A stretch of DNA of 64,000 bases from Candidatus Multivoradales bacterium (lineage in GTDB: Bacteria; Acidobacteriota; Thermoanaerobaculia; Multivoradales; J023), in the NCBI GenBank assembly GCA_965248925.1, contig CBDFLE010000005.1, forward strand, positions 2,112,001-2,176,000. Direction: 5' to 3'. The first letter of the stretch is position 1; each line of letters opens with the position of its first letter. Shown here piece after piece: positions 48,149-58,881 of this stretch. Below the pieces are notes generated by a model, which was not told the origin of the DNA, did no database searches, and saw only the letters and a list, made by a program, of their open reading frames with translations. The position numbers and the translations under genes were made by a program.

Positions 48149-49831
48149 CTATTCCGGAAAGCTCAGCGAGTTCACTGGCCGAGCGAGGCCAGCGGGATAC
48201 CCGTTTGCCATTTCGCCAGGCAGCGGGCAGGGAGTTTCAGGTTGAGCGGCGGCGACAGGGCTGGTCGAACTACAGATCTCGAAGTGGCCATAGGTGGAGT
48301 CATCAATCTCGGCGATGAGCCTGAAATCGTGGCGCTGCAACCAGACGGCGAGATGTTCCCTCCGAACCTGATCGTGGGCCAACATACGGCGGATCTGGCG
48401 GTCGATCACCAGGGTCGTCGGGGCGACCTCGTCCACTGCCGCGGCAAAGTTCAGCGGCGGCTGATAGTAGCGGGGATGGCTCTTCACCACCGGCACTACC
48501 CAACTGCGGACGTTGAATTCTTGGAGACCCAGCCAGTAGTCGTGCAAGAGCAGCACCGGGCCGCTATCGGCGGGCAGCTGGCGGCGTAGCTCAGCCGCCA
48601 GCTGCGGCCAGGGGGTGGTATTGGCAGCAGCGCGGTGCAGGCCCGCCACTTGGCTCCCTCCTTCGAGCACCACGGCGAGCGCCGCTGCGATCAAAAAGAG
48701 GCGCCGCCCGCGCTGCCCATTGCGCCACAAGTGCATCACCAGGCTGGCCACCATCAAGGCAACTAGCGGCAAGAAGGCGATGATGTAGTTGATCAATTTG
48801 AGCCAGATCAGCAAGGCGTAGAGGGTGACAAAAACCAAGGTCGGCAAAAGCAACAGCAGAGCGGCACGGTGGCTCTCGCTGCTAGCTGGCAGCGAACCGC
48901 GCCACGCCCTACGGCCAAAGGCGAGGAGACTCGCCGGGATAGCCACCAAGGCCAGCCAGAAACCGGGGCGCAATACCCAACCCCAACCCGCGGCACCGAG
49001 GCCCTGACCATAGCGGTGACGCTCACGCAGCAGATTGTCCAAATACCAGCGCGGATCGAAGAGTTGGAAACGCGGTCCGTAGTCCCGCACTTGCCCCGAC
49101 CATTCCTGCACTCCGCCGAAGACGTAGCCCAAGTAGCCTAGGCACGGCAGAGCAAAGCCAACAGCTAAAGCGGCCAAGACCCGCCAGCCCCGACGTTCTA
49201 CCAGCGCCACCCAACCCAATCCGAGGAGCCAAAAAGCGCCGTAAACATGGCCTAGCGTGGCCAGACCGGCCAGGAGGCCGGCGAGGGTAAATAGCCAACT
49301 GTGCCCGCTATCGTCCGCCCGCAAATAGGCTAGCAACGCCAGCAGGCCCAGCACCGGCACCAGCATGTCGTAGCGGGCGATGCGCGCCAGATCGATCAAC
49401 GGGATACCACTGAGCAAGTAAGGGGTGGTGAGGGTGAGGCGTAGGGTCAGCAACAAAGAGACAGCAACGATTGCCGTCGACGCGTCGAGCAAACGGCGAC
49501 CCAGAGAGTAGGTCAACAGCAGCACAGCGAGGCCGAGAAGCACGGTCTCAAAGCGCGCCTGGAAGAGACCGAGACCGCCGATCTTGAAGCTCGCCGCCAG
49601 CAACAGCGGATGCAGCGGCATGAAACCGTAGTAGCGTCGCTCCATGCCGTGCCAGCCGGCGAAGAGGTCGGAGCCGAACACCCCTTCCTCGGCCAGCTTC
49701 CAGCCCGTGGAGGCTTGCCAAGGTTCGTCCGGATAGACCCGCGGCACGGTGTCGAGATGGGGCAGAGAGACCGCCAGATAGGCCAGCAGCAGGCAGGCGA
49801 GCAGCGCTCGATGAATATGCGGTGTTCTCAA
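48149..49831 (-). CDS. ArnT/GT39-like (GT-C) membrane glycosyltransferase
   Basis: N-terminal PDE motif after TM1, many TMs, ARIARYD. Confidence 0.85.
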   Translation of the reverse strand: MRTPHIHRALLACLLLAYLAVSLPHLDTVPRVYPDEPWQASTGWKLAEEGVFGSDLFAGWHGMERRYYGFMPLHPLLLAASFKIGGLGLFQARFETVLLGLAVLLLTYSLGRRLLDASTAIVAVSLLLTLRLTLTTPYLLSGIPLIDLARIARYDMLVPVLGLLALLAYLRADDSGHSWLFTLAGLLAGLATLGHVYGAFWLLGLGWVALVERRGWRVLAALAVGFALPCLGYLGYVFGGVQEWSGQVRDYGPRFQLFDPRWYLDNLLRERHRYGQGLGAAGWGWVLRPGFWLALVAIPASLLAFGRRAWRGSLPASSESHRAALLLLLPTLVFVTLYALLIWLKLINYIIAFLPLVALMVASLVMHLWRNGQRGRRLFLIAAALAVVLEGGSQVAGLHRAAANTTPWPQLAAELRRQLPADSGPVLLLHDYWLGLQEFNVRSWVVPVVKSHPRYYQPPLNFAAAVDEVAPTTLVIDRQIRRMLAHDQVRREHLAVWLQRHDFRLIAEIDDSTYGHFEICSSTSPVAAAQPETPCPLPGEMANGYPAGLARPVNSLSFPE

Positions 49832-49925
49832 ATGCCCTGTTCCGGCTCTTGCAGTTCACCCCGGCGGTCTGCGGCGACCGTTGGTGCGGCGAATGGAGGA
49901 AGTCTGACCGACGACCAGACTAGCG

Positions 49926-50855
49926 TCAACCGGTGGCTTTGCGGTTGGTGGCCAGCCAGCGGCGCCGCTGAGTGGCGCCCAGCAAGTAGGCCAGGGGATC
50001 GCTCCAGGCATCGTAGCGCAGACTGCGAAACGGACTCGCTGGCGAGCTGGAGCAATCCAAGTGCAGGTCACAGTAGCGCTCGACGCTGAGCTCGAAGAAC
50101 TCCTCCACCAGGCGACCCAGCCGATGTTGACGGGCAGCATACCGGCGCATTCGTAGACAGCGTTGCAAGCTGCCGAGCTGCGACGGATAAGCCGCGAAAG
50201 CCTGGCGAATAACCTCTTCCACCTCCTCGATCGGCAGCGCTCGGTTGGCCACCAGCGGCGTCAACGGTACCTGCACCGGATAAATCCGCAGCTGCTCGAC
50301 CCTCGATTCCCTCTCGCCAAGAGCCACCGCCAGGGCACTCGCCACGGCCAGATGCTCGGGGTGAAAATCCACCCAGCCGGGAGCGTAGAGTAGGTTTGGA
50401 CGGAAATCATCCAACAGCTCGCCAAGACGCTCTACCAGTGTTCCATGGCGCCAGTCGCCCTCCGGAAAGCCCAACCAAAGGAACTTCACATCCAGGCGAT
50501 GGGCAGCTTCCTCGGCCTCGAGACGGCGGTGCCGGGCGGTCTCGTCAGCATCGAGCCCGAGCGCCCGCGAGCGCCGCCCGTCGGTAACCCAAGCCACCGT
50601 CACCTCATCACCAGCACGACGGTGAAGGGTGATCGCACCGGCGCAGCCAGCTACCTCGTCGTCGGGATGGGGGGCTAGGATCAAGACTCTTCGTCCGCCG
50701 CCGAGCGCCGGGGCCGGGGTCGGGCCAGACCTGGAACCAAGACCGAATATCGTCGCCCAGACACCGGTGAAAGCCTCATTAATCGCCCGCCGCAGGCGCC
50801 TCAGCTGCCGGCGTCTAGGGTCGGATTCCATGCGCTCGAGTCGCTCAGATGACAT
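49926..50855 (-). CDS. PIG-L/LmbE-family deacetylase
   Basis: APHPDDE, VTDG and HPEH motifs. Confidence 0.92.
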   Translation of the reverse strand: MSSERLERMESDPRRRQLRRLRRAINEAFTGVWATIFGLGSRSGPTPAPALGGGRRVLILAPHPDDEVAGCAGAITLHRRAGDEVTVAWVTDGRRSRALGLDADETARHRRLEAEEAAHRLDVKFLWLGFPEGDWRHGTLVERLGELLDDFRPNLLYAPGWVDFHPEHLAVASALAVALGERESRVEQLRIYPVQVPLTPLVANRALPIEEVEEVIRQAFAAYPSQLGSLQRCLRMRRYAARQHRLGRLVEEFFELSVERYCDLHLDCSSSPASPFRSLRYDAWSDPLAYLLGATQRRRWLATNRKATG

Positions 50856-51912
50856 CGAAGTCGCCACCCGCCAACTGCCAGGCCTCGGGGCGGCGCAGAG
50901 CAGTGAGCGGCAAATCCTCGGTCAAGGGTACACACTCGACACTGAAGCTACCCCGCCGAAACCAAAAGCCGGCGCGATGCAGAGCGCGATCGAAGGGGGC
51001 GCCCGGCACCGCCAGAGCACCCACAAACTCGGCGCCCTGAGCGCTGAGCAAGGCCACCGCGCGGTCGATCAACAAGCCAACACTCGCCGGCTCGTGGCGA
51101 CTGCCGTGCACCTCCGCTATCCAGCCCAGCCGGCGACCATCGGGCAGCTCTTCGAGACGCAGAGCGGCAAATCCGACCGGCTCGGCAGCAGCTCCATTCG
51201 CTCGTTCGGCCAGCAGCAATCGATAGCGGTCTTGGGGCGACTCCAGATAGCGCCAGCCGATGCGTGCCGCGTCGCGGACGATAGAGAAACGACTCTCGCT
51301 ACGGGTTCGCTGCCACAGACGATCAATCTCTTCGCCCGCGGAGGTGATTTCTCGCACCACCAAACCAGCTGCCGGTGTGGACGTCGTCAAGCGGCTGAGT
51401 AGGCGACCGGCTAGGCGACGACGGCCTAACCAAGGCAGCCGCCAGCGGCGAGCGAGCAAGGCTTCAGGACGTAAGGGCCGGAAACGCCAACCGAGGGTGA
51501 AGAGCTGCTCCCAGCCCAGGGCTCTGGTGCGCGAACCCCACTGCTGGTTGGGCAGACCGAGCACCAAGGAGACGCCAGCGTCGCGCCAAGCCTGGTAGGC
51601 CCGGTGGCCAACCGCGGTCAGCAGGCCACGGCGACGCTGCTCCGGGTCAGCCATGGTGTCGACCGAGATCATCGCTTCGACCTCGCGCCCGTCGAGGTGA
51701 AAGCGGCAGGGAATACCAGCGTATTGGAAGACTGGCCGGTCGTCGTCGTCTACCGCCAACCACACGTTGTCGGTCGGAGCGTGACGCCGGTCGAGCTTCC
51801 ACTTCCACACCGCCTCCGACATCGGTTGGCCAAAAGCACGGCCAAATAGGTCGACCAGAGGAGCAACGTCGGCCGGTCGAACAGGCCGCAAACGAGGGAG
51901 AAGAGCACTCAA
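50845..51912 (-). CDS. GNAT-family N-acetyltransferase
   Basis: SVDTMADPEQRRRGL, LGLPN, WRY; TTG start overlaps the upstream stop. Confidence 0.85.
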   Translation of the reverse strand: MSALLPRLRPVRPADVAPLVDLFGRAFGQPMSEAVWKWKLDRRHAPTDNVWLAVDDDDRPVFQYAGIPCRFHLDGREVEAMISVDTMADPEQRRRGLLTAVGHRAYQAWRDAGVSLVLGLPNQQWGSRTRALGWEQLFTLGWRFRPLRPEALLARRWRLPWLGRRRLAGRLLSRLTTSTPAAGLVVREITSAGEEIDRLWQRTRSESRFSIVRDAARIGWRYLESPQDRYRLLLAERANGAAAEPVGFAALRLEELPDGRRLGWIAEVHGSRHEPASVGLLIDRAVALLSAQGAEFVGALAVPGAPFDRALHRAGFWFRRGSFSVECVPLTEDLPLTALRRPEAWQLAGGDFDVI

Positions 51913-52781
51913 GACGGCGCCCGCCAGAAGCCGTGGCAAAAGTAGGGGGTCGATCGGCGCAACAGGGTGCTCAGATTGCGCAGCCACAAGCGCCGATACG
52001 GGCGCAGCACAAGGCCCGCTTGGCGGAAGCGCCGACGATCCCCGCGATCGAGATAGCCGCGGGCCGGCCGCAAGAAGAGCTCTCCCCCCTGCTGGTCGCG
52101 GAAACGCTGCTGTAGCGCGGCCACATCGCCGCGCCGACGGCGACTATCACCAAAGATCTGCAAGCCGAGCACCAGCAGCAAACCCCCCGGCTCGACCTTG
52201 TGCTGCAAGGCGGTCAGATGCGCCAGCGGATCGGGGAAGAAAGCCAAGCCATGGTTGACCACTACCACCTCGAAACGCCCATCGATCAATGACAGATCCG
52301 CCAGATCAAGTTGCACCGCCGGCCAATCGGTACTGTAGAAACGGCGCGCGCCGAGACCGTCATACCTATCATCGAAACACTCCGCGGCCAGCGGGTGGTG
52401 CCCGGCCAAGGCCAGTTGATGACTCAGCCAGCCATTGGCCGCGCCGACGTCGAGCACCCGCACGCCACCGTCAGCGCCAGCGCCGCCGAAGCACCGAGAA
52501 ATAGCCCGCAGCACCAGAGCTACGTCATCCTGGCGCAGACGCCATTCAAAATTTTTCGCCACCGCCTGCCCCCCCGGCAATGCTTCGAAGGCCCCTTCGT
52601 CGAGCAGGCGCAGCGCCGCCTGGCCGCGGAAGTCGCACAACTTGTCGGCCAGCTCCGCCAAGCGCTGAGCAAAAGCCGGTTCGAGCAAACGAACCAGGCC
52701 CTCTTCGACCTCGAAGTGATGACCGGCAGCACACCGCTGTTGAGCGAGAGGTTGACGGCAGATGGCACAGAGCAGCTTCAC
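51909..52781 (-). CDS. Class I SAM-dependent methyltransferase
   Basis: N-terminal CxxC..C..H zinc motif; VLDVGAANGW. Confidence 0.88.
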   Translation of the reverse strand: MKLLCAICRQPLAQQRCAAGHHFEVEEGLVRLLEPAFAQRLAELADKLCDFRGQAALRLLDEGAFEALPGGQAVAKNFEWRLRQDDVALVLRAISRCFGGAGADGGVRVLDVGAANGWLSHQLALAGHHPLAAECFDDRYDGLGARRFYSTDWPAVQLDLADLSLIDGRFEVVVVNHGLAFFPDPLAHLTALQHKVEPGGLLLVLGLQIFGDSRRRRGDVAALQQRFRDQQGGELFLRPARGYLDRGDRRRFRQAGLVLRPYRRLWLRNLSTLLRRSTPYFCHGFWRAPS

Positions 52782-52935
52782 CGCTGCAATCTAACCTACC
52801 GACCGCCTATTGGACATAGCCCAGCGTCCGCAAGCGTTCAACCGTTTCCGGCCTGCGGCGAGCGTCTTCCCTGGCGGTATTGCCGGACGCCGGCTGGGGG
52901 TGCCAATAGGCGACGGTAGCCGCCGCCGGTTTACT

Positions 52936-54156
52936 TCAATCACCCTTCTCGACCCCTACCTGGCATGCCAAATCGCGCCCCGCCAGACCGCGGTAAGCCA
53001 ACAACCCGGCCCACTGCACCAAGGCTGTCGCGACCAGCGCGCCGAGTAATCCGAAGGTTGGCAGCAAGAGCAAGTTGAGCAGCAAGTTGAGCAGCGCGCC
53101 AACCGCGTTGACCGTCACCACCGTAGTCTGGCGACCGGCCTTGAACAGAGCATAAATGGTCGGCAAGTAGAAGTAGACTGGTGGCACTGTGCAAGCCGCC
53201 GCCAGCCACACCGACGGCGGCAGGCGGAAATCGAAGAAACCGGTCAACAGCCAACGGCAAGCGGCAATGGCCGGTGGGGTTAGCAGCAGACCGACGACAA
53301 ACAGCCGCCCTGCGATCTTTGATAGAGTGCGGTCCGACGCCCGATACAACGCCGGCACGAAAGGCGCTAAGGCCAAAGCGGCGAAGCTCTGCAAGTAGAG
53401 CAACACATTGCTCAACACCTGATAGCCACCGAGTTCGGCCGCTGGAAGGTAGGCGGCAACGCAGTAAAGGTCGATTCTCGATTGCAACAAGCCGCTCAAT
53501 CCGAGTAGAAAAAAAGGCAATGAGCGGCGCCAGATCACTGGCTCGAAGCGCGCCGCGAAAGGCTGCAGAGCACGGAGTCGTAGGCGCCACCCCAGGAGCA
53601 AGACTTTGCCCAGGTGGACCGCTGCGAACCAACCCAACAGCCCCACGACTGTCGGCGGCTCTGGGTTGCTGAGCACCGCCGCCAGCAGCACCGCCAGGCC
53701 GAACAGGTCGAGGGCGGCAGCAAAGCCGAACGCCCGCCGCCGGATCACCAACGGATCGAAGCTCTGATAGAGCACCAAACCGGCGCAGAAAAGGCTCGCC
53801 GCAACCGCGGCAGCTGGCGACGGCGCCAACAGCCACAGAGCCCAGAAGGCCAGCGGTAGCAGTGTCGAGCGGGTGAGCAGACTGCTCTGCCAGATAGCTG
53901 CCAAGGCGCCAGGTCGCCGGGCCAGTTCGCGCAGCACGTCGTCACGGTTGCCCCAGCCGATGATATGCGCCGCCAAATGCACCACCAGCTGAATGGCCAC
54001 AAACCTCCCCCACAGCTCCAGCGACCCCCGTTGGGTTACCGCCGCCGCGGTCAGCGGATAGAGCATCGGCACTAGCAGCTTCTGTACTGAATGCGTGGCC
54101 ACTACTCGCAGACGGCGACCGGTGGCAGCCCTGGGCCTGTCTTGACCGCGGCTCAT
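52936..54156 (-). CDS. Polysaccharide flippase (Wzx/MATE-like)
   Basis: About 12 TMs; SRIDLY..LGGY; NLLLNLLLLPTFGLLGA. Confidence 0.8.
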   Translation of the reverse strand: MSRGQDRPRAATGRRLRVVATHSVQKLLVPMLYPLTAAAVTQRGSLELWGRFVAIQLVVHLAAHIIGWGNRDDVLRELARRPGALAAIWQSSLLTRSTLLPLAFWALWLLAPSPAAAVAASLFCAGLVLYQSFDPLVIRRRAFGFAAALDLFGLAVLLAAVLSNPEPPTVVGLLGWFAAVHLGKVLLLGWRLRLRALQPFAARFEPVIWRRSLPFFLLGLSGLLQSRIDLYCVAAYLPAAELGGYQVLSNVLLYLQSFAALALAPFVPALYRASDRTLSKIAGRLFVVGLLLTPPAIAACRWLLTGFFDFRLPPSVWLAAACTVPPVYFYLPTIYALFKAGRQTTVVTVNAVGALLNLLLNLLLLPTFGLLGALVATALVQWAGLLAYRGLAGRDLACQVGVEKGD

Positions 54157-55376
54157 GGCGAGTTCGGCAGATTCAGCAGGGCGCGCTGTTCGAGAAAGTT
54201 CAGCACCGCCGCAGAGGCCAGCGAGTGGCCGGCGGCGGTCCAGTGGATATCGACCGAGAAGTACAGCGGCCTCTCAGGTCCTGACGGCGAGTCGATGGCG
54301 GCGCGAAAAATTGGGCTCAGATCGAGACAATCGAGATCGGCGACGGCGCAGAGTTCACGCAGCGGCCGCACCAGACGGTCGAGGTCATGCTCCGGCGGCA
54401 GGTCCGCGGCGACGCGGTAGAGTTCACCGTAGACCTGCTCCTTGGCCGGCACGATCACCACCGCAAAACGACCTCCGGCAGCTTCGACCCGAGCACGGGT
54501 TTGCAAGATAGCCTGGCGAGCCAGCGGCCAGCCGAACTGCAACATGCGGTCTTGAACCTGCGGATCGCAGATATCGTGATCACGGCAGAAAACCTGGCCA
54601 TGCGGCTGCGCCGCTGACCGCACGAGCTCCTCGGTATAAGCGCAAGCGCCGCGACTGGCCAGCCACAGCTCGTAACTCAGTGACAGCCGGCGCAGTAGCC
54701 GGTGCGGTCCGCTGGTGCATCGTGGCGGCCGAGCGGCTTGCGGCACCGCCGCCGCCGGATCGGCCCAGGCAGCAAACCGCAGATTCTCTTTGAGGTCGTT
54801 CTGAAAAAATGTCCACAGCACCAGCGGCGCAGCCAGCGGACGACCATAGTGCTGATAGATCAAAGCCTCTTGCAGCGAACTGGCACCGACCTGCGAGAGG
54901 TTGACGAACGACCGTCCACTGCTCTGTTCCATGACCTCGACCCAACCCTCTCGGCGCTCGACGCCGACCGCGAAAGCGAACGAATCGCCCAACACGACGG
55001 CAAAGGGCGTGCCCAGCGGCCGCTGATCGCGAAAACCAGCCCCGCCAAGGCCCAGGCCGCTCGACCGGATCGGCCACCGTGGGTACTCGGGATGGCCATG
55101 CAAGACGGTGTCGAGGCCGGCAATCAGCCGCTCGCGTAGCAGCGGATCGTCCCGCCACAGCCGCCGATACTCAGCCATGAATCGGGGCAAACCGTGCCAG
55201 CGCACAATGCCCGGTTTGTCCCAAGCCTGCGCCATCACCGGCGGCGGCAGCAGACCGGGCAACAGGCGCAGGATCAATTCCACCAGCAGCAGACCGAGCG
55301 CCAGACCAAGAATGACCAACGCGCCGCGCATCGGCAGCGAAGTGACAGAACGTTGGTTAACTGGCTCTGGATTCAT
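54153..55376 (-). CDS. SGNH/AlgX-like O-acyltransferase or hydrolase
   Basis: LGDSF, FFQND and DIHWTAAGH; N-terminal TM. Confidence 0.85.
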   Translation of the reverse strand: MNPEPVNQRSVTSLPMRGALVILGLALGLLLVELILRLLPGLLPPPVMAQAWDKPGIVRWHGLPRFMAEYRRLWRDDPLLRERLIAGLDTVLHGHPEYPRWPIRSSGLGLGGAGFRDQRPLGTPFAVVLGDSFAFAVGVERREGWVEVMEQSSGRSFVNLSQVGASSLQEALIYQHYGRPLAAPLVLWTFFQNDLKENLRFAAWADPAAAVPQAARPPRCTSGPHRLLRRLSLSYELWLASRGACAYTEELVRSAAQPHGQVFCRDHDICDPQVQDRMLQFGWPLARQAILQTRARVEAAGGRFAVVIVPAKEQVYGELYRVAADLPPEHDLDRLVRPLRELCAVADLDCLDLSPIFRAAIDSPSGPERPLYFSVDIHWTAAGHSLASAAVLNFLEQRALLNLPNSP

Positions 55377-55573
55377 GGAGCAACTTATACCTGCGGAGTT
55401 GGGAAGAGCCGTGCCGGAGCAGATGTGATTGGCACCTCCGCCGGCTCGCAGGCCAAGCCGGCACCAAAAAAACAGACAAGACACACTGTCCGGCAGAAAA
55501 CTCTCGGGTCAGCCCGCAACCCACCATCTTTCGTCATTGCCGCCATCCGGTCGAAGAACCAATGGCCAACCGC

Positions 55574-56281
55574 TCAGCAGCGAGCGTGCTTGCGCTTCTT
55601 GCCCAGCCGCCCCATGCCAACCACCTTGGCGATCATCTGGGTGGCCAGCGGCACTTTGCAGGCGGTGCCACCCATGTCGACTTGCACCTTTCCCACCGCC
55701 TCAGCCGCCGTACTTGCCCTGCCGCTAAGCGCCTCGACATAACAACCAACGGCGATGACGAAACCGTTCATGGTGTAGCGCACTCGATTGGGAGCCTGGG
55801 GCAACTCACCCTCAATCCGCCGCAGCAAGCCGTCCAAAGCATCGAGATCGAGGTCCTCGTCAGGCCGGATCGAAACCCAGCCAGCCAGGGTCGCCCAACC
55901 GATGCAAGCGACGTGGGCAACCGCGGATTCGATCCAGCGCAGCCCCGCCGACCAGCCATGGGGCCCTTCGGCGGCCAGACCCGCCAGCGCGTACTCGCCC
56001 ACCATGTAGAACTCAGTGGCCACAGCCCAGCGGTCGAGGTCCACGGCGCTCATCGCCTGGGCATCGGCCGCCAGAGCGGCCAAGTACATAGCATCCACAT
56101 TGCCGGTGGCGAACAACTCGGCAACCACCGCCTGCTCCTTCTTCAGTGGCCGCAGCAGCTTCTTCATGTCTCCCACTTTGACCCCGAAATAGGGCTCCTG
56201 GGCACCGTGCTTGCCATAGATCTTGCGCGTCTGAGGGTTGCCCATCTCTTCCAACTGGGTCATGACTTCTTGGCGGTCCAT
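55574..56281 (-). CDS. DNA alkylation repair protein (AlkD-like)
   Basis: FGVKVGDMK, GNVDAMYLA, NRVRYTMN, GKVQVDMGGTACKVP; GGGAG RBS. Confidence 0.9.
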   Translation of the reverse strand: MDRQEVMTQLEEMGNPQTRKIYGKHGAQEPYFGVKVGDMKKLLRPLKKEQAVVAELFATGNVDAMYLAALAADAQAMSAVDLDRWAVATEFYMVGEYALAGLAAEGPHGWSAGLRWIESAVAHVACIGWATLAGWVSIRPDEDLDLDALDGLLRRIEGELPQAPNRVRYTMNGFVIAVGCYVEALSGRASTAAEAVGKVQVDMGGTACKVPLATQMIAKVVGMGRLGKKRKHARC

Positions 56282-56607
56282 TGCTGCTCTCCCGTTGAGT
56301 CGTGCTGCCTCATGAATGGAAGCCGATCCTATCAACTGCAAAGCAGTCCCCAGACTGAGGAGAGCTTCCCGGGGAGACACCACTGCTCGACCCTGGTCCC
56401 GCCGAGCCAACCGGCGGCGGACATCATTCCCAGCATAGTTGTCCAAGAGCGCCTCACCAACCTCATCAGTTCTGAGAATGCCTCCTTCTCAGAACTGAAT
56501 TTGAGTGTTGAAAATCTGCTCCAAGTGGGCGCAGCTGCTAGAGATTCAATAGCCGGCATGCTGCCGGTTGCAACAAGATCGTGATAAACCGCAAACGAAG
56601 AGGAAGC

Positions 56608-58106
56608 ATGATGCAAAACAGCTCCAGGATTCTATCGATTCTCGCCCTTCTCGCAGCTCTCTCCTGCTAGTCACCCCGGCTTTCGCCCAGGTAGTTGAGA
56701 CACCGGGTGAACAAGTGCCTGGCTTCTTCGACACTGCAGGAGTAGCGAAAGACCAGGCAGCCCAGAGTCTGTGGCTGCTTGAGCAAGAGAGCGGTGCCAA
56801 GCCCGAGGGCATCTCGGTTCAACCCTCCAAAGAGAGGCTGCTAACTCTGAAGAACGCACCTGCCGACCAAGGCCGGCTGCTAGTCGGGCTCAATCTCACG
56901 GTCGGCGCCAAGGTCGCCTTCCAGGCCGACGGCAAGGTGGTGGGTAGTCTCGGCGCGCTGCGAAAAAGCCGCAACAACATCTCCTGGTTTACCACCGTGC
57001 GTTCGCCGGATGCCTCGGCGATGCGTCTACATCTGACTAACATGCGGCTGCCAGTGGGCGTCGAACTCTACCTCTACAGCCGCCGCGGCGAGGCTTTCGG
57101 CCCCACACCGGCGCCGATATCCAAGGCGAGGGCGAGCTGTGGACGAACACCATTCGCCGTTGGCAGCAGCGCTTTTATCTGTTCTGGCGGCTTGGTCAAC
57201 GACGCCAACACCTCGACCACGGTGCCTTATTTCCTGACCGCCAACCACTGCATCAGTCGCCAATCTTCGGCCAACAGCATTGAGGCATTCTTCCAATTCA
57301 ACACTAGCTGTGGCGGTTCCTGCCCCAGCGCCAGCAGCTCGCTACCGCGGATGCTTGGCTCAACACTGTTGGTCAGCAGCGCCAACAGCGATTTCTGTCT
57401 GTTGCAACTCAACGGCAGCGTCCCGGGTGGCCCAAGTCTGCTCGGCTGGACCACCACGGCAGTGGCTAATAGCAACAGTACGGATCTATTCCGCATCAGC
57501 CATCCCAAGGGCGCCCCACAGGCCTACTCGCGGCAAGACGTGAGCACCACGGCCGGCACCTGCGGCAGCATTCCGCGAGGTAACTTTATTTACAGCCGTA
57601 ACAGCTTTGGCGCCACCGAAGGCGGTTCGAGCGGCTCGCCGGTACTCAACAGCGGCGGCCAGATCGTCGGCCAGCTGTTCGGCGCCTGCGGCACCAACAC
57701 CAGAAATGTATGTGATTCGAGTTCCAACGCCACCGTAGATGACGCCTTTGCAGTCACTTTCTCTAGCATCTCGCAGTTCATCAACAACCCCGGTAACACC
57801 AGCTGTCATTCGGGTGCGAACGGCAGCGCGAGCTTCTGCCGCTCCGGTTGTAAATGCGAGGACGGCGAAGGCGATTGTGACAGCAACAGTGAATGCGTGC
57901 CAGGCACCACTTGCCTCAGCAATGTCGGTCCGAACTATGGCTTCGCCAGCTGGGTTGACGTCTGCGAAACTAGCGGCGGAGGCGGTGGCGGCCCCAACTC
58001 ATGTGTCGGCAACTGCGGCGGCCAGGCCTCCGGTGGCTGCTGGTGTGACTCGGCCTGCGCCGGCTTCGGTGACTGCTGCGGCGATAAACTCTCGGTCTGC
58101 GGCTGA
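56608..58106 (+). pseudogene. Lysyl-endopeptidase-like (trypsin S1) secreted protease with Cys-rich and somatomedin-B-like tails; frameshifted and internally deleted
   Basis: TANHC, SDF and GGSSGSP triad. The signal peptide from ATG 56608 is out of frame at a CT repeat near 56659. The segment TGADIQGEGELWTNT is in another frame near 57105-57150. Confidence 0.8.
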
Positions 58107-58172
58107 TCCTGGAAAGCTAGTCTTGGCTACCTAGGCCGATTGGCCCGATCCGCCAGCCGCGGGTCGGGCCTC

Positions 58173-58655
58173 CTAGCCAGAGATCCGTGTGACGACACTG
58201 AGGTCGAATTCCATCAGCGGCAGTGTCCGACCGGGGATGCTCCCCGAGGGGGTCGAACCTACCCGCTGCGCGCCGCGGCTGAGGTAGAACGGTTCGGCAC
58301 CCGGGTCGCTGTGAATCTGCAGCAGGCGAAAGCCTCGGTCGCTCGCCCGCGCACAGCAATGGTCCCAAAGCTCACTGCCAAGTCCGCCGCCAATCTGCTC
58401 AGGATCGACGAAGAGATGGCCGAGTTCGACCCGCGAAGCTGACTGCTCCTCCAACGAGTAGAAGCCCAACGGCTGGGGCCCCAAGGTGAGCACAAAGACC
58501 TCGTGCAACCCCAGATACTCAGCATCGATCGTCAGCTCTCCTCGGCAAGCGTCCATGAACTCTGCCGAGTAGCCCCAATATGCCTTGGAGCGGAGGGCAA
58601 GAGCGGTCAATGCTTCGCAATCGCTCTCTTTCACGACTCTAATAGCAGCATCCAT
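58173..58655 (-). CDS. GNAT-family N-acetyltransferase
   Basis: SKAYWGY, LFVDPEQIGGGLG, SDPGAEPFY..GA. Confidence 0.9.
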   Translation of the reverse strand: MDAAIRVVKESDCEALTALALRSKAYWGYSAEFMDACRGELTIDAEYLGLHEVFVLTLGPQPLGFYSLEEQSASRVELGHLFVDPEQIGGGLGSELWDHCCARASDRGFRLLQIHSDPGAEPFYLSRGAQRVGSTPSGSIPGRTLPLMEFDLSVVTRISG

Positions 58656-58816
58656 GGCCGCGAAAATACCACGCTCCAGAGGTCCAAGAACCACTTGCGA
58701 TGCAAGCCAAAGCCGCAATTGCACTGGGATAGCGAAACCCAACTGTGACTGGCCAAAACCTGATCTGGCTTGAGCTGCACCCAGATTCTAAGCGAATGAG
58801 AGCGACAAAACGGCAA

Positions 58817-58853
58817 CGGGGCTTCGGTCGATCCCAGCACAACCGAAGCCCCG
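58817..58853 (-). terminator. Rho-independent terminator-like hairpin
   Basis: 12-bp stem CGGGGCTTCGGT...ACCGAAGCCCCG just after the vWA gene stop, followed by T-containing sequence on the minus strand. Confidence 0.65.
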
Positions 58854-58881
58854 CATTTGACGTGCTCACGAGTCGCTGAGC

